Assembly: GCF_022045235.1 (NCBI RefSeq) | Contig: NW_027266268.1 | Span: forward strand, 8,494,001 to 8,558,000 | Direction: 5' to 3' | Length of the DNA: 64,000 bases | Source of the DNA: Haliotis cracherodii | Taxonomy: Eukaryota | Shown: positions 1 to 12,387 of the stretch, one piece after another | Numbering within the stretch: the first letter of the stretch is position 1 | How the letters are laid out: the number at the start of each line of letters is the position of its first letter | Position numbers and translations under genes: made by a program | The notes under the pieces: model-generated | The model's input: the letters and a program-made list of their open reading frames with translations, nothing else | Told to the model about the DNA's origin: nothing | Database searches by the model: none

Positions 1-127
1 CCCAATAATGCCGAGCTCCAGACAGGGTAACAACAAGTACCATCTTTTAACTTATTTTGGTACGACTCGAACCCCAGACCTTCCGCTCTCCGGGCGGACA
101 CTCTACAACTAGACCACGGAGGCGGTC
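1..127 (-). mobile_element. tRNA-derived SINE, family D (Meta-SINE-like), 5' part; runs off the window edge
   Basis: Reverse complement reads GACCGCCTCCGTGGTCTAGTTGTAGAGTGTCCGCCCGGAGAGCGGAAGGTCTGGGGTTCGA (pol III A/B boxes). Homologous to 53842-54160, 1812-1990 and 51945-52105. Confidence 0.75.
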
Positions 128-555
128 TGAAGTGTGAGGAAAGCCACGCAGTCATATCACATTTTGTTACGATTCCTATTAGAAAATTATATATTGTACC
201 ATACAGTGCATACGACAATAGACACATTCTTCCTGGAGGTTTTGCTGACACACTTCTATTAGTTCCAACCCTAACGACAAATATACTGACTCACAGTGCC
301 CGTCAAAGGCTGTGTAGGGCAGGCCAGGAACGATAACTCGTCCACAGTTAGGCGCCGGGAAGGTTCTTTCATATCCAAGCTGTTTAATAATTCTGAAATA
401 TAGAAGATTGTAAGCTCACACGCATGGAAATATATAGACTTTATTAGACCACTCAACCACATTTACATGACATGTGACTATAGTATTTGACTAAATAGCT
501 AAACGTTGTTATTATTAAGTATTTTCATAGGTTTAAATAGTCTCAAAATCACAAT

Positions 556-657
556 GTATTTTTCAAACAAGTATATATATATATATATATATATATATAC
601 TTGTTTGAAAAATACACAAAATATTGGTGTCACAGGAACTTTTGTAGTTGAGTATAC

Positions 658-688
<31 letters not shown>

Positions 689-780
689 TGTATGTATGTA
701 TGTATGTATGTATACTCAACTACAAAGGCTCCTGTGACACCAATAATTTGTGTATATTTTGTGTATTTTTCAAACAAGTA
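556..780. repeat. Fold-back inverted duplication around (TA)n and (TATG)n microsatellites
   Basis: 598-656 is an imperfect reverse complement of 711-780; 556-573 is the reverse complement of 598-615; (TA)n at 572-599 and (TATG)n at about 658-712. Confidence 0.85.
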
Positions 781-1745
781 AAGTTTGGTTTTCAATACTG
801 TAGTACATGTATGGAATCAAGTCACAAATACGCAACTGCTACAGATAAACATGCATTCCATGCAAAGTTTTGTGCAAACCCCATGCATTTCACTACCCAA
901 GAATGGATATAAAAACGTGCGTTAACGGGATTCCATATGCATTGTTTAGCATCGTGCTGACAACAACCACTCAGAAAAACAACAAAATTACGCGATTATT
1001 CAACATTACGAAATGCCCCGCCTGTCCGAAAATGAGCGTCTGCGTGCCATTGGTATGCTTGAAGCAGGATCGAGTCAACGTGATGTGCAAGACAATATAA
1101 CGTCCACAGAAACACCATTTGGTGTTTATGGCAACGTTGGCAACAGACGAATGCAGTCATAGACCATCCTCTGAGTGGCAGGCCGCGCGTAACCAATAAT
1201 CGACAAGACAACTGGATTTGAACAACACACCTACGAAATCGATTCCAGCCAGCAACAGTGACTGCGAGAAGCATCCCTGGCCTTCAACGAATATCTTCAC
1301 AAACCGTACGTCGCCGCCTCAGCACGTCTACAGTGGTGCAGACAGCGTCAACGCTGGACGGCCATGCAGTGGGGACAAGTTCTATTCACTGACGAGTCTC
1401 GTTTTCACCTCAGCCACTACGATGGACGGATTTGAGTGTACCGACGTCGAGGTGAACGTTACGCCAATCATTGTGTCATGGGAGAAGATCGGTTCGGGGG
1501 CGGCAGCGTTATGGTATGGGGTGGGATTACAGCAAGACAGAGGACCCGTTTGATAGTGGTAGAGGGAAATCTCAATGGACAGCGCTACCGCGACGAGATC
1601 ATCGGCCCTGTTCTACAGTTTTTGCGTCGTCATAGCCTAGGCATTACCTTTCAACATGACAACGCCCGGCCTCATATTGCTCGACTTGTTCAGGATTCTC
1701 TTCAACAAAACAACGTGAATGTCATCCCCTGGCCAGCACGCTCGG
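711..1745 (+). mobile_element. Degenerate Tc1/mariner DNA transposon (frameshifted, 3'-truncated)
   Basis: Pieces translate to MPRLSENERLRAIGMLEAG (from 1013), SGRPRVT, VLFTDESRF, GGGSVMVWGGI, FQHDNARPH and IPWPARS; the sequence stops before the PDLNPIE motif. Confidence 0.9.
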
Positions 1746-1811
1746 GGACTTGGTGTCATCATATCCCGATCACTGGTTTGACCGGTCTATATTCGATTCT
1801 TTACAGGTCAC

Positions 1812-1990
1812 TGGGTTCGATTCCCTTCCGCGTAATACCAAAATAAGTTAAAAGATGGTACTTGTTGTTATCCTGCCTGGCTAAAACAAGGACTGGTCGG
1901 CACGGGGTCAGTATATACTGTGTCTGAGTTGGATATTCATGTTATACTGCGGCATGGTATCTCAGTAGGCTAGCACTATAAAATGGGCCT
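1812..1990 (+). mobile_element. SINE family D fragment
   Basis: GGGTTCGATTCC B box, then AAAGATGGTACTTGTTGTTA...CAAGGACTGGTCGG...GGCATGGTATCTCAGT shared with 53842-54160. Confidence 0.65.
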
Positions 1991-2366
1991 CAGCTACAGC
2001 TAATGGTTTACTCCCATCATGTTTGGAAACATCCTCTATATCTCCATGGCCCGTATTTCGGGTTACCTACTGTAACCCCTGGATCCAACCCATGGTTCTC
2101 GCGATCCCAAATTATCGGCCCTTGATTTCCTTCGGCCGATTTGATTTGCTACACAACTCTGTCTAGAGGACCAATCAGAATGCGAGTACAAGCCAGCCTC
2201 AATGTTGGGTTGGCGATGTCAACATGGATAAGATAGAGTTTGCGAGATATCCAACATTGAAAAACTGTATGACACGCTAAAGAAAGCCCATTTCAAGGGA
2301 AATCGTATTACTGTATCATTGTATTATATACTCCCCGCCGAGAGAAACGCGAACCATAGAAACATA

Positions 2367-2538
2367 GTGAGTGTGTGAGTGAGTATGGTTTTACGCCGCT
2401 TTTAGCAATATTCCAGCAATATCACGGCGGGGGACACCAGAAATGGGGTTCACACATTGTACCCATGTCGGGAATCGAACCCGGGTCTTCGGCGTGACGA
2501 GCGAACGCTTTATCCACTAGGCTACCCGACCGCCCCCA
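2367..2538 (-). mobile_element. tRNA-derived SINE, family A
   Basis: Head GGGGCGGTCGGGTAGCCTAGTGG...GGGTTCGATTCC, body GTACAATGTGTGAACCCCATTTCTGGTGTCCCCCGCCG, tail GCTGGAATATTGCTAAAAGCGGCGTAAAA then (CTCA)n; several copies in the window. Confidence 0.85.
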
Positions 2539-3037
2539 TAGAAACATAGAGACGTATGTACGTAAAGAAGAGATGCTTCTGATGTGTACCGGCCCTTGAA
2601 GATCCGATCGGTTGGTTGGTTTGTTGTTTAACGCCGCACTCAGCAATATTCCATTCCGGGAACGCTGTTAACATTCTGCCAACCATAAATTTACTATTGG
2701 GTCAGTTTGACGGTGCACACAAAATATGGATCGACACTTGATATAGGCTATGTCTTAAATTAATAGCATGAACTATCTTGACTGAGGGCAGATTTTAAAT
2801 ATATATATATATATGTTACAGTCAATGTGTAAAATGTGATTCACTTATGCAATTTACAAACTGCCTAAATATTTCTGTCATTTTACAAATTGACTGAAAA
2901 ATAAGTCCAATTATATGACAGACTGACCAAACATTGCTAAGAAGGTCAAAACGGCTCAAAGACATCATCGACTTATTATGATAAGATTAGAATAAAATAA
3001 ATTATATATACATTGACGTCGGTTTTCTTTTAATCCT

Positions 3038-3197
3038 GGGGCGGTGGGGTAGCCTCGTGGTTAAAGCGTCCGCTCGTCACAACTAAGAATCGGGTTCGAT
3101 TCCCCACATAGGTACAATGTGTGAAGTCCATTTCTGGTGTCCCCCGCCGTGATATTGCTGGAATATTGCTAACAGCGGCGTTAAACCATACTCACTC
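3038..3197 (+). mobile_element. SINE family A
   Basis: Full-length copy, near-identical to 14032-14197. Confidence 0.85.
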
Positions 3198-3263
3198 TTT
3201 TTATCCTATGAATTTTAGTCACATGGTTATGAACTTAAGCATCAAAATGTTTAGAATTCGTTA

Positions 3264-3462
3264 TCATGATAAATAAATGGAAACTTGATATAAAATGGCT
3301 GAACTATTTCAGCTTTTTGTAAATTTCCTTCATGATAAATAAATGGAAACGTGATATAAAATGACTTAACTATTTAAGCTTTTTGTAAATTGCCTACATG
3401 ATAAATAAATGGAAACTTGATATAAAATGACTGAACTATTTAAGCTTTTTTTAAATTGCCTA
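3264..3462. repeat. Tandem repeat, about 66 bp x3
   Basis: Unit CATGATAAATAAATGGAAACTTGATATAAAATGACTGAACTATTTAAGCTTTTTGTAAATTGCCTA. Confidence 0.85.
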
Positions 3463-4070
3463 AGTGACAATTTCAGTCATTGTACACATTGACTGTAACA
3501 TATATTTCGCACTGGGGAGCGGACACTTCCGTCTTGGAATTAATCCCTGTCGTATATAACATTGGGTGCTTATCTAAATGATTCCAATACTTACAGACCG
3601 CCGTCATATAGATGGAATATTGCTGAGTTAAACGAGAAATACGCAAAACAAACATAAACAGAACCTTTAATGGAAACATTACGGTACAGTGTGACCTCGT
3701 TCCCTCACCGCCGAGAACAATCTACAGTGTTGTACGCGCCAGTTTTGAGAAAATCGGTATGATATAGGTGGAAAATGATGGTATTTACATCGACAAGCAT
3801 ATAGAGTGTTTTTGTATGTATGATAGTTACCTTGAAAAGCCTGTTGTCATCTTTGAGAAGAGAAACCGCGGGATAAACAATGACGTGTGTTCGGTTCCGC
3901 GTATCTGGGTCAAAGGTAAAAGTTCATGTTTATGTCACTGAGGCTCCTGGGATCGATGAGGCACAGCCAACACATCTGTTCCAGTATACTATGTATCGGG
4001 GTATTCCACGCTCGTATAACCTGTCGTGTACGTCATCAAGCGATTCACTGTTTATATCGATGCTAATATA

Positions 4071-4233
4071 CACAGGACAACGGATAGCCATACTATACTG
4101 ACTGTACTGATTACATTAAAAAAAGAGAAGGGAGGACACCTCCGCTGATCGAAAACCGAACAATGTTTCCATCCCATTTTTTTAATGTAATCAGTACAGT
4201 CAGTATAGTATGGCTGCTATCCGTGGCCCTGTG
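4071..4233. mobile_element. 163-bp MITE with about 55-bp TIRs and 8-bp TSD (CTAATATA); P- or hAT-like
   Basis: Ends CACAGG...CCTGTG; arm AGCCATACTATACTGACTGTACTGATTACATTAAAAAA and its exact reverse complement; CTAATATA at 4063-4070 and 4234-4241. Confidence 0.85.
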
Positions 4234-4466
4234 CTAATATAGTCCCGTGCTAGGAAAAGTTGAAAAGTTCGATGTAGGATAAAACTCTTAAATTCTTATT
4301 TATTTAGATTAAAAAAAATAAACATCTGAAAAATGAATATCTTCGTAGGATTTACACGAGCTGCGTGTAAAATAGTCAAATTAACATATTCAATATATCT
4401 TCGATTTGCAAAGCCAGGGATATTATTAAATACCCTGAGACCATTAGTCACCATAGCTTTGTTTTG

Positions 4467-4607
4467 GAGTGATTATGGTTTTACGCCGCTTTTAGCAATA
4501 TTCCAGCAATATCACGGCTTCACACATTGTACCCATGTCGGGAATCGAACCCGGGTCTTCGGCGTGAAGAGCGAACGCTTTAACCACTAGGCTACCCGAC
4601 CGCCCCG
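4467..4607 (-). mobile_element. SINE family A (internally deleted)
   Basis: Same head and tail as 2367-2538 with part of the body missing. Confidence 0.8.
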
Positions 4608-5494
4608 CTTCGTTTTGGAAGTGTCCCCGTTTTTCCAATCTCTTAGCACCCATTTCACCCACACAGGAGAGTAATAACTCCGATATTTGCACATGTGCAT
4701 TTTAGATATTCTCAATGTTGATTGGTCAGCCAGTACTTCATTTTTTACGACAATAACGTCATCCATTGTTAATGACGTCACAAACTAAGTACGTTACGTC
4801 ATCTGAAGAACAATATATTTCTTCCATTTTAGCTCGAAACATGCTACAAAAGTCAGTAATATACAGAATAACCTACAAAACACTCGCCTAAGGCTCAGGA
4901 TTAACGCCATTTATTTACTCGGGTAGATAATCCATAATTGGTCGTAGCTCGTTGGTTATTGTCTAATTATTAGTATGGTTCCATTCGAATCATGCCCCAA
5001 TCAGAGGTCTAATTTGTTTTGTTTAACGATTCACTCAGCTAGCTGCATGGCGATAGCCTATATATAATGGAGGCTAGACTAGACAATCCAGTGATTGATA
5101 TCGCGGGCAACGATCCTCGACGTAGGGGTATGTTGCCACGCCATCAACCAACTCACCAAGCCAGACCACCTGATCAATAATGTTGCATCTTACGGACTAG
5201 TACTGAGGTTGTTAAGGGCCAATTATGACACGGAATTCCAAAATTAGTGGCTTCCTACGACTGGCAGTGGGATCCTGGCGATACATTCTACCTCAGGAGC
5301 CAAACCAGGGACTTCTTGCATAGTTCATTCAGCTGATGGAGAAAGTGCAGTCTTGTTGTTTTAGACAGATGGCTCTTCCTGCTATAGGTACAACTAACCT
5401 TTGTCAGCTCCATGCATGTCTGTGGTCCTCATACAACTGAAATATAGCTTGCCTGCTGAGTATGTCAACATTCACTCACTCCATGTGGCTCTGC

Positions 5495-5680
5495 TTGTTT
5501 GTTTATTTGTTGTTTAACGCCGCAATCAGCAATATTCCAGCTATATGGAGGCGGTCTGTAATTAATCGAGTGATTGATTTCATAAGCATCGATCCACGCA
5601 GTTGGGATACGATGGCATGCATCAACCAAGTCAGCGAGCCTGACCACCCAACCCCGTTAGTCGCCTGTTAGTGCAAGCAT
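5495..5680 (-). mobile_element. SINE-like repeat, family B
   Basis: Reverse complement of the family B body (GGCGACTAACGG...GGTGGTCAGGCTCGCTGACTTGGTTGA...GCTGGAATATTGCTGA.TGCGGCGTTAAACAACAAA). Confidence 0.75.
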
Positions 5681-5910
5681 GGGGACACAGGTGTGTCGTC
5701 TAAAGCACAATCGCCAGAAACCTATGATTGTGGGTTCGATTCCCGATTCGCCCCGATTGTTTCAAGAATTTTCAGCACCATACCCGTGTTCGTGGGTTTC
5801 ACCAAAGTAGTAAACGCCACTTCGGGCTTTCCTGCCACATTTATCTGACATGAAGTGATTTAACTGGGATACTGTTGAAAGCGGGCGTTAAACTCATCTC
5901 ACTCAACTCA
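5680..5910 (+). mobile_element. SINE family C (V-domain-like), degenerate
   Basis: CCAGAAACCTATGATTGTGGGTTCGATTCC...CAGCACCATACCCGTG...GTGGGTTTCACC...CTTCGGGCTTTCCT. Confidence 0.7.
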
Positions 5911-7024
5911 AAACAATCTTAAACATAACATTTTAGTTGAAAACTAGAAAAGTGTTTGAAACAGAAGCAGACGATCCTAGAACGCCCTTAGAAATCATTA
6001 CACACAACCGCACATTTCCAGTGTGATATCATTATCTTCGGTTTGGTGAAATGCTTGCTTACATCACACCAGATTAAAGTATGTCGCCTCTGGCTAACAT
6101 CCCGAAGATTCCAAAGGCTTTCCCACTGAAGTTACAACAGTTCAACTCTAGTGGCATCGTCTCTGACTCAGAAAGTCGTATACCTCTAGTTATGTTATAA
6201 AAATGTTATGTCCACTTCCAGTTAAAATATATCCACTTCCAGTTAAAATATATCAAAGATATGTAGTGGGATCTAAAAAGAAAATGTCCTATACCTCCAG
6301 CTACTTTAATATAAGTAGTAATGGTTGCTTTGTTTGTTGTACCTTGTTTGACTCTGCACTCAACAATATTCCAGCCATATGACACTTAACGGCCTGTAAA
6401 TAATCGAGTGTGGGCCAGAAAATTCAGTTATTTCTGTTGCGAGCAACGATCCATACGACATACACCCGTCATTTCTGCTGAATATACGTAGGTTTCTTTG
6501 AAGAAATACTGTGTGGGGTTTTGGTTAAAACTCGAAATTTCTGAATCTTAGAAAGCTCCGACTGGCTCGCTCATACAAGACTGTCACAACTCTTCATACA
6601 AACGTAGTCAAATAAAAGAACTACAGCATGCACGTCTTTGATATTTACAGAACAAGCTGTTTGAAAATGGTAAAATACTTGGAAGGATCTTATGACCTTA
6701 TTCATAGGTCACTCCTTACCTATTCTTGGACCTGTCTTATGATATGCAGTGATCTGCAGTTAATGCTTCTTTGGTGAGGGAATTAAACCTTTTTACAGGT
6801 CACGATATTTTGAGGATGACACAACCCTTCACATCAGTGACCAAAAACGTTTCTCGGGACTAAAAAGAATACACATAATACATCCTCTTTCCTTTATGAC
6901 GTCTTCAGTAACAACCAAAATCACAGGGGTGGAAATGTCAGGAAGTCTGACAAAGGACAATGAAAACTTCCCTGCGAAAAATGAAATAAAAATCTCAACC
7001 TTGTCTTAAAATTAAAAAACAGTA

Positions 7025-7920
7025 ACTCTTTCACCACAATGCTGCCAAATGGTGTTGGTGTTAAAAGTGATGCTTTTACTACTATGCTACCCAATGTTCG
7101 TGTGACAAGCAACGCTTTTACCACAATGCTGCCAAATGGTGTTCGTTTGACAAGTGATGCTTTTAGAACATAAGGTACCCAATGTTCTTGTGACAGGCGA
7201 CGCTTTTACCATATGCTACCAATGATGTTTGTGTGACAAGTGATGCTTTTACCAATATGCTACCAATGATGTTTGTGTGACAAGTGATGCTTTTACCACA
7301 ATGCTGCCAATGATGTTTGTGTGACAAGTGATGCTTTTACCATATGCTACCAATAATGTTTGTGTGACAAGTGTTGCTTTTACCAATATGCTACCCAATG
7401 ATGTTTGTGTGACAAGTGATGCTCTTACCAATATGCTACCAATAATGTTTGTGTGACAAGTGATGCTTTTACCAATATGCTACCAATGTTTGTGTGACAA
7501 GTGATGCTTTTACCATATGCTACCAATGATGTTTGTGTGACAAGTGATGCTCTTACCAATATGCTACCAATAATGTTTGTGTGACAAGTGATGCTTTTAC
7601 CAATATGCTACCCAATGATGTTTGTGTGACAAGTGATGCTTTTACCAATATGCTACCAATAATGTTTGTGTGACAAGTGATGCTTTTACCATATGCTACC
7701 AATGATGTTTGTGTGACAAGTGATGCTCTTACCAATATGCTACCAATAATGTTTGTGTGACAAGTGATGCTTTTACCAATATGCTACCCAATGATGTTTG
7801 TGTGACAAATGCTTTTCCATTATGCTACCCAATGATGTTTGCGTGACAAGTGATGCTTTAACCACCATGCTACCCAATGATATCTGTGAGATAAGCAACA
7901 CTTTTACCAATATGCTATCC
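7025..7920. repeat. Minisatellite, 43-46 bp unit, about 20 copies
   Basis: Unit TGTGTGACAAGTGATGCTTTTACCAATATGCTACCAATGATGTT; degenerate at both edges. Confidence 0.95.
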
Positions 7921-8089
7921 AATTATTGAATAATAATCAGACAAGACAAATGAGATATGAAGTTTAATCATATTTTCATGGTATTTACAGTAATGTAGAA
8001 GCACATCACATATACATGAGAAATGGAACAGCACTTGATATTTGGGTCTACATGTCGCAGTGATGTTAAATGAAAATGATCTAGATTGT

Positions 8090-11000
8090 TCAGTCTCTCC
8101 GTAGTGGGAATTTCTCCACCCTCACGCCGTCCTTGGTGATGACGTTGATGACGATGCCGTCCCCTGTGTAGATGTCCCTCTCAGCGGCAGAGATAAAGAC
8201 GTCTTTAACGAGAGCTACACACTTCTCTTGTGAGAGGGGAACCTTGGTTACACCCTCTTGGTTCTTGAAGCCGATCTGAAATTATTAACATTATATAAAA
8301 CAATTTAGTACTTTGATGGTGTCTGCACTATTTCAGTCTGCGACTTTAGCCACGAGCCTGAAGCCGGAGTCTTGTAAACTTCTGTTCCGTCTATTAACTT
8401 CAGCTGATAACAGTCCATAAAATAACACTAAATTCTACTGAAAAGGTTGCTAGGGGCCATGTAAGGGCTAATAGTTTCAAAAGCTTTTGGTACAGACATG
8501 TACAACTGTTTGCTGCGACAACTGAATCTTGGCAACTGGTGTCACATAGTTACACAGAGGAAGGGAGGTAACTCCACCTTGTTACTCAAGCAAACCCAAG
8601 AGCATGAGAAAACCAGAGCAATCATAAAGATGTAAGGCAAATCGCCTTAAAACATTTATTCAGTCAATCTGACACTGCTTTTTTAAACACTATTTCTCTT
8701 ATATCACAGCATGACAATTAAATGAGAGGAAATCCTAATGTCATGCAGGCTGTAGATGATTACCACAGTATCAGCAATGATACAAGCAAATGATCATAAT
8801 CAAGGTGATCCAAGGTGCCACACAACCGGCCATGTCATTGCTCCACTTCATAATAATAACCTAATTTCAGGATGGGTAATTTCCCAACTTTACCAATTAC
8901 AGAGACAATCATTATATCACATATTCTTTCTACCGATGGGAACCACAGGTTTGTCAGGCCCAGTATGAGTATTTACAGATCCATATATTGATGACTGTGA
9001 CATGGAAGGACAACAAACTATACTTCCGTGTGTGTCCCTGACTCACCTGGTTGTCCAGGAGGGGCTGCAGCATGGCACTGGCTGACCCCCCAGCTCTGTA
9101 TGCTTCTCTCTCATAGGAGCCCACCGGGTCAAAACTGTACACACACCCTTTACCTGCAACACAACGGGAGTACAATTTACCTCGGAATGTACATCATGGT
9201 AGCTTTCCCTATTGAACATATTCAGCAAAATTACTAATATTCAATAAACTTAGTTGGCCAAGTTAATTTCCTTTTAGCATGTTTAACTTTACTGATTTCT
9301 CTGTCCATGTGCCAGGATGCAGGAGGCAAAATTGACATTGTGCTAATTGCCAGCTTACAGATACATAACGCCATATGTTGTATAATTTAGGGTATACATA
9401 TATTTTGTTCATCAATTTCCATTAAAAAGCCAAAATTAAAATAACTATAGTAATATGAAAGAATGTGGTGTTCTTGCCCTTCTTCTTGGTAGTATGTATG
9501 TACATTGTATACAATGCATTTGATCAATTATTAATTCAATGATTACCAGTTACTTGTTTGATTTTTGTAGATCCATCAAAATTGAGACTTTTGGATTGCA
9601 ATTTGTAAACCTAAACATGAATATGCACACTGCCTTAGCATGGTAAGATCTTACTTATCAATGTTTGACAAACATGTTCTACCTTCGTCGTCAAGACCTC
9701 CGATTATGTTGTAAACATAGTATGGAAAGAATCGTCTGTAGTACAACATTGTTGACAGCATAGCTGCTATAGCGGATGTCGTCATCTTCTTGTGGTGATC
9801 ATGGTCATAGATCTGAAGAAAACAGTTCAGGATAGCAAAAGAGGTGAGATGAAATGGAGGTTTAACGTCACGTTCAAGATTAATGCACTCATCTAGCTAT
9901 GTGAATGCCATGCGTGTCTGGACTAATGCCGGTTTTATGGTGCTTTTGTTTGTTTGTTGTTAAGCGCAGCACTCAGCAATATTCCAGATATATGATGGTG
10001 ATCTGAAAATAATCGAGTCTGGAGCAGACAATCCAGTGGGAGACATCATGAGAATCGATCTATGCAGTTGTGATATGACATGTATCAGCCAAGTCAACAA
10101 ACCTGACCACCCGATTCTGCTGCCTCTTATGACAGCCATAGTTGCCTTTTACGGCAAGCATGGGTTGCTGAAGACTCACTTTAACCGGATCTTCACAGGT
10201 ATTATTTAGTGCTAGACCACTGGAAAAGAAGTATTACCACGTATGAATGCAAAACCTATCTGGTCTACCAGAACTACAAAGCTGTGGACAGTTTTACAGA
10301 ACTGTTCTGAAATTCATTGAAAGGATTCGAATGACTACTCTCAGTCTCAGTCTACAAAGCATCGCTTAAAATGTCCTTGGTATATATACTCAACTTACTC
10401 TTTTGATATTTATGATATTGTCATAGGAATGAACTTACCTTTAATCTTGCCTTGAGAACTTTAGTAAGTGTCAATACATCACCATGGAAACCACAGGCAC
10501 CCAAAACAGTGTTATCAGTCCTGAAAAATTTATTATATGTTGTTATTTCTAAAGTAAATATTTTTGTACAGTTCATCTGTCCATTTTACAGTTAGTTTTC
10601 AAGAAGAAATGATTCCATTTCATGTTCCATTACGAACAGTGCAAAATCTATCAATAGACTAAAATAGAACATTATTTCATCTTCTTTCATAGACATATCT
10701 TCACTTCAAACAATGGAACTGAATGATATTGCAGGATTTTATTATCAATCAGATTCTCATGGTCCAAAGTGTGTTATTGAGTGAATGATGTGTAACATTA
10801 CATCAGTGCAATCTGTAAATATCAAGTCATGGCCAGAGATACCAGTGGTTGCAAAGCAATGACCAAAATATATACCTGGTATACTCAAAAAGTGTCATAT
10901 GACAGTAATATTTGTTAACAACATGACTTAGCTCCTTTATTGGGGATAAATCACTTTTCTGTATAATTATATTACTGTCGCAAATCATATATTTTCATAT

Positions 11001-12122
11001 TCCTTTACCAAGAATAAAAGTTAAAGATAAATATTATTGAAAGACAAACGTTCTGCCTGAATACAATAACCATAGGTAATGGTATACTTACATCTGATAG
11101 GTCTTGGGCATCTCTCTGGAGTGAATGGAGAATCCTTCACTCAGCCTAGTATCAGATGCAACCACTGAAAAATCCTCTCCCGCTATTGCCAGAACAGTGC
11201 TGAAAGACAACACAGCATGAAATATGTTTGTCATTACACTTACAGATGAGTGAGTGAATATTTGTCATATTATAGCATGGCAGCTCAATGTGAGTGAGTG
11301 AGTGAGTGAGTGAGTGAGTGAGTGAGTTGGGTTTAACGCTGCTTTTAACAGTATTCCAGTTATATCGCGGCGTATCAGCTTAATGTTGGAGGAAAGCCCG
11401 AAGTGATGCAGGTCTCAGACGTTTACCACTTCGGTGAAACCAACGAGCATGGGTATGGTGCTGACAAACCTAGTAACATAATCGGGGCGAACCCGGATTC
11501 GAACCCACAATCATTGGTTTCTGGCGTGCCCATTGGACGCAACTCTGCACAGCGAATCACAGCGCCTCAGACGACTGGGCCACCTGTGCCCCCCAGCTCA
11601 ATGTGAAAGGGGAGTTCAAAGTGATGTTGGTCAAATATACACTAACCACTCAGTGTCAGGTGACACAGCCAACCATGTCCCAAGGTGCTGGTATACAAAT
11701 GATGATAATCATCATAATCATGGTGAACATGGTGAATCTGGGATACAATCAAATCAAATCATAACATAGTCAGTACTACTACAACTACTAGATCTAGAGC
11801 ATTATCCATGTTCAACAAACGTTTGCTGCACAATTTTACTTCTTTGTTGAGGATGTGCTATTGGAACTCATACACTAAGTATGTGCCTCGATCAAATGTT
11901 GAGAATAGGCTACATGCTACATCGAAGCCTATCCAACATCATCATTCAACACTGTTCACGTCTTGCTTGTAGCCTATTAAAACCAAGTGTAAGTGTCCAA
12001 ATTCCTGCTTACCCTCCGTTAAATGTGTATGGGTTGAAATAAGCCTGCTTTGGATTCCCGTACTGATACATTTCTCCTCCTTCGGGATAACCCTGAACAA
12101 TTGCAGGATCCATCCTCAGCAT
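8090..12122 (-). CDS. PSMB1: Proteasome subunit beta type-1 (20S beta6, non-catalytic). Exons 12013-12122 (alternative ATG at 12113), 11092-11199, 10439-10520, 9683-9812, 9047-9153, 8090-8275; 237-240 aa
   Basis: All introns GT-AG with matching phases. Protein: ...[38 protein letters not shown]...[11 protein letters not shown]...[46 protein letters not shown]...[21 protein letters not shown]...[17 protein letters not shown]...LRRD*. ATTAAA poly(A) signal at 7963-7968 (minus). Confidence 0.97.
9945..10200 (-). mobile_element. SINE-like family B copy in PSMB1 intron 3
   Basis: Matches the family B consensus from CCTGTGAAGATCCGG to the (CAAA)n tail. Confidence 0.75.
11290..11593 (-). mobile_element. 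SINE family C, full length, in PSMB1 intron 1
   Basis: Head GGGGGCACAGGTGGCCCAGTCGTCTGAGGCGC, B box GGTTCGAATCC, (CTCA)n tail; CAGCTCAATGTGA flanks both sides (11281-11293 and 11594-11606), consistent with a TSD. Confidence 0.85.
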
Positions 12123-12387
12123 TTTCAAAGTATGACTTAGCTCTTCTGTTTGGGAAAATGGCAGACGAAATCTCGTTTCACTTGTCACGTGACCTGACCA
12201 TATTTGTTCGTTGACAAGTAATAAAGGACGATTTGTGCCTTTACTACTAAACGCACACTTAAAAAAGTAAATAGTCACGACATGGTTTATCGTAACACTT
12301 AAGTATAAGGTTTTCTTGGAGTCTTTATCTTTATCTTTTAAGACAGATCTCGCCTCTACGAGACTTCATAGAAGCGGCATATTCAGC
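12123..12387. promoter_or_regulatory. Bidirectional promoter and 5'UTR region shared by PSMB1 and LSM2
   Basis: Only 265 bp between the divergent start codons; contains palindromic E-box GTCACGTGAC (12184-12193) and ARE-like ATGACTTAGC (12132-12141). Confidence 0.75.

Noticed and set aside
499-912. Low-complexity ORFs (YIYI, MYVC)
   Set aside because: Translations of (TA)n and (TATG)n microsatellites.
3038-3110. Functional tRNA genes at SINE heads
   Set aside because: A/B boxes are present but each continues into a multi-copy SINE body and tail, and no full cloverleaf is evident.
11640-11760. Intronic C/D-box snoRNA in PSMB1 intron 1 (ATGATGA)
   Set aside because: No properly placed CTGA D box or terminal stem.
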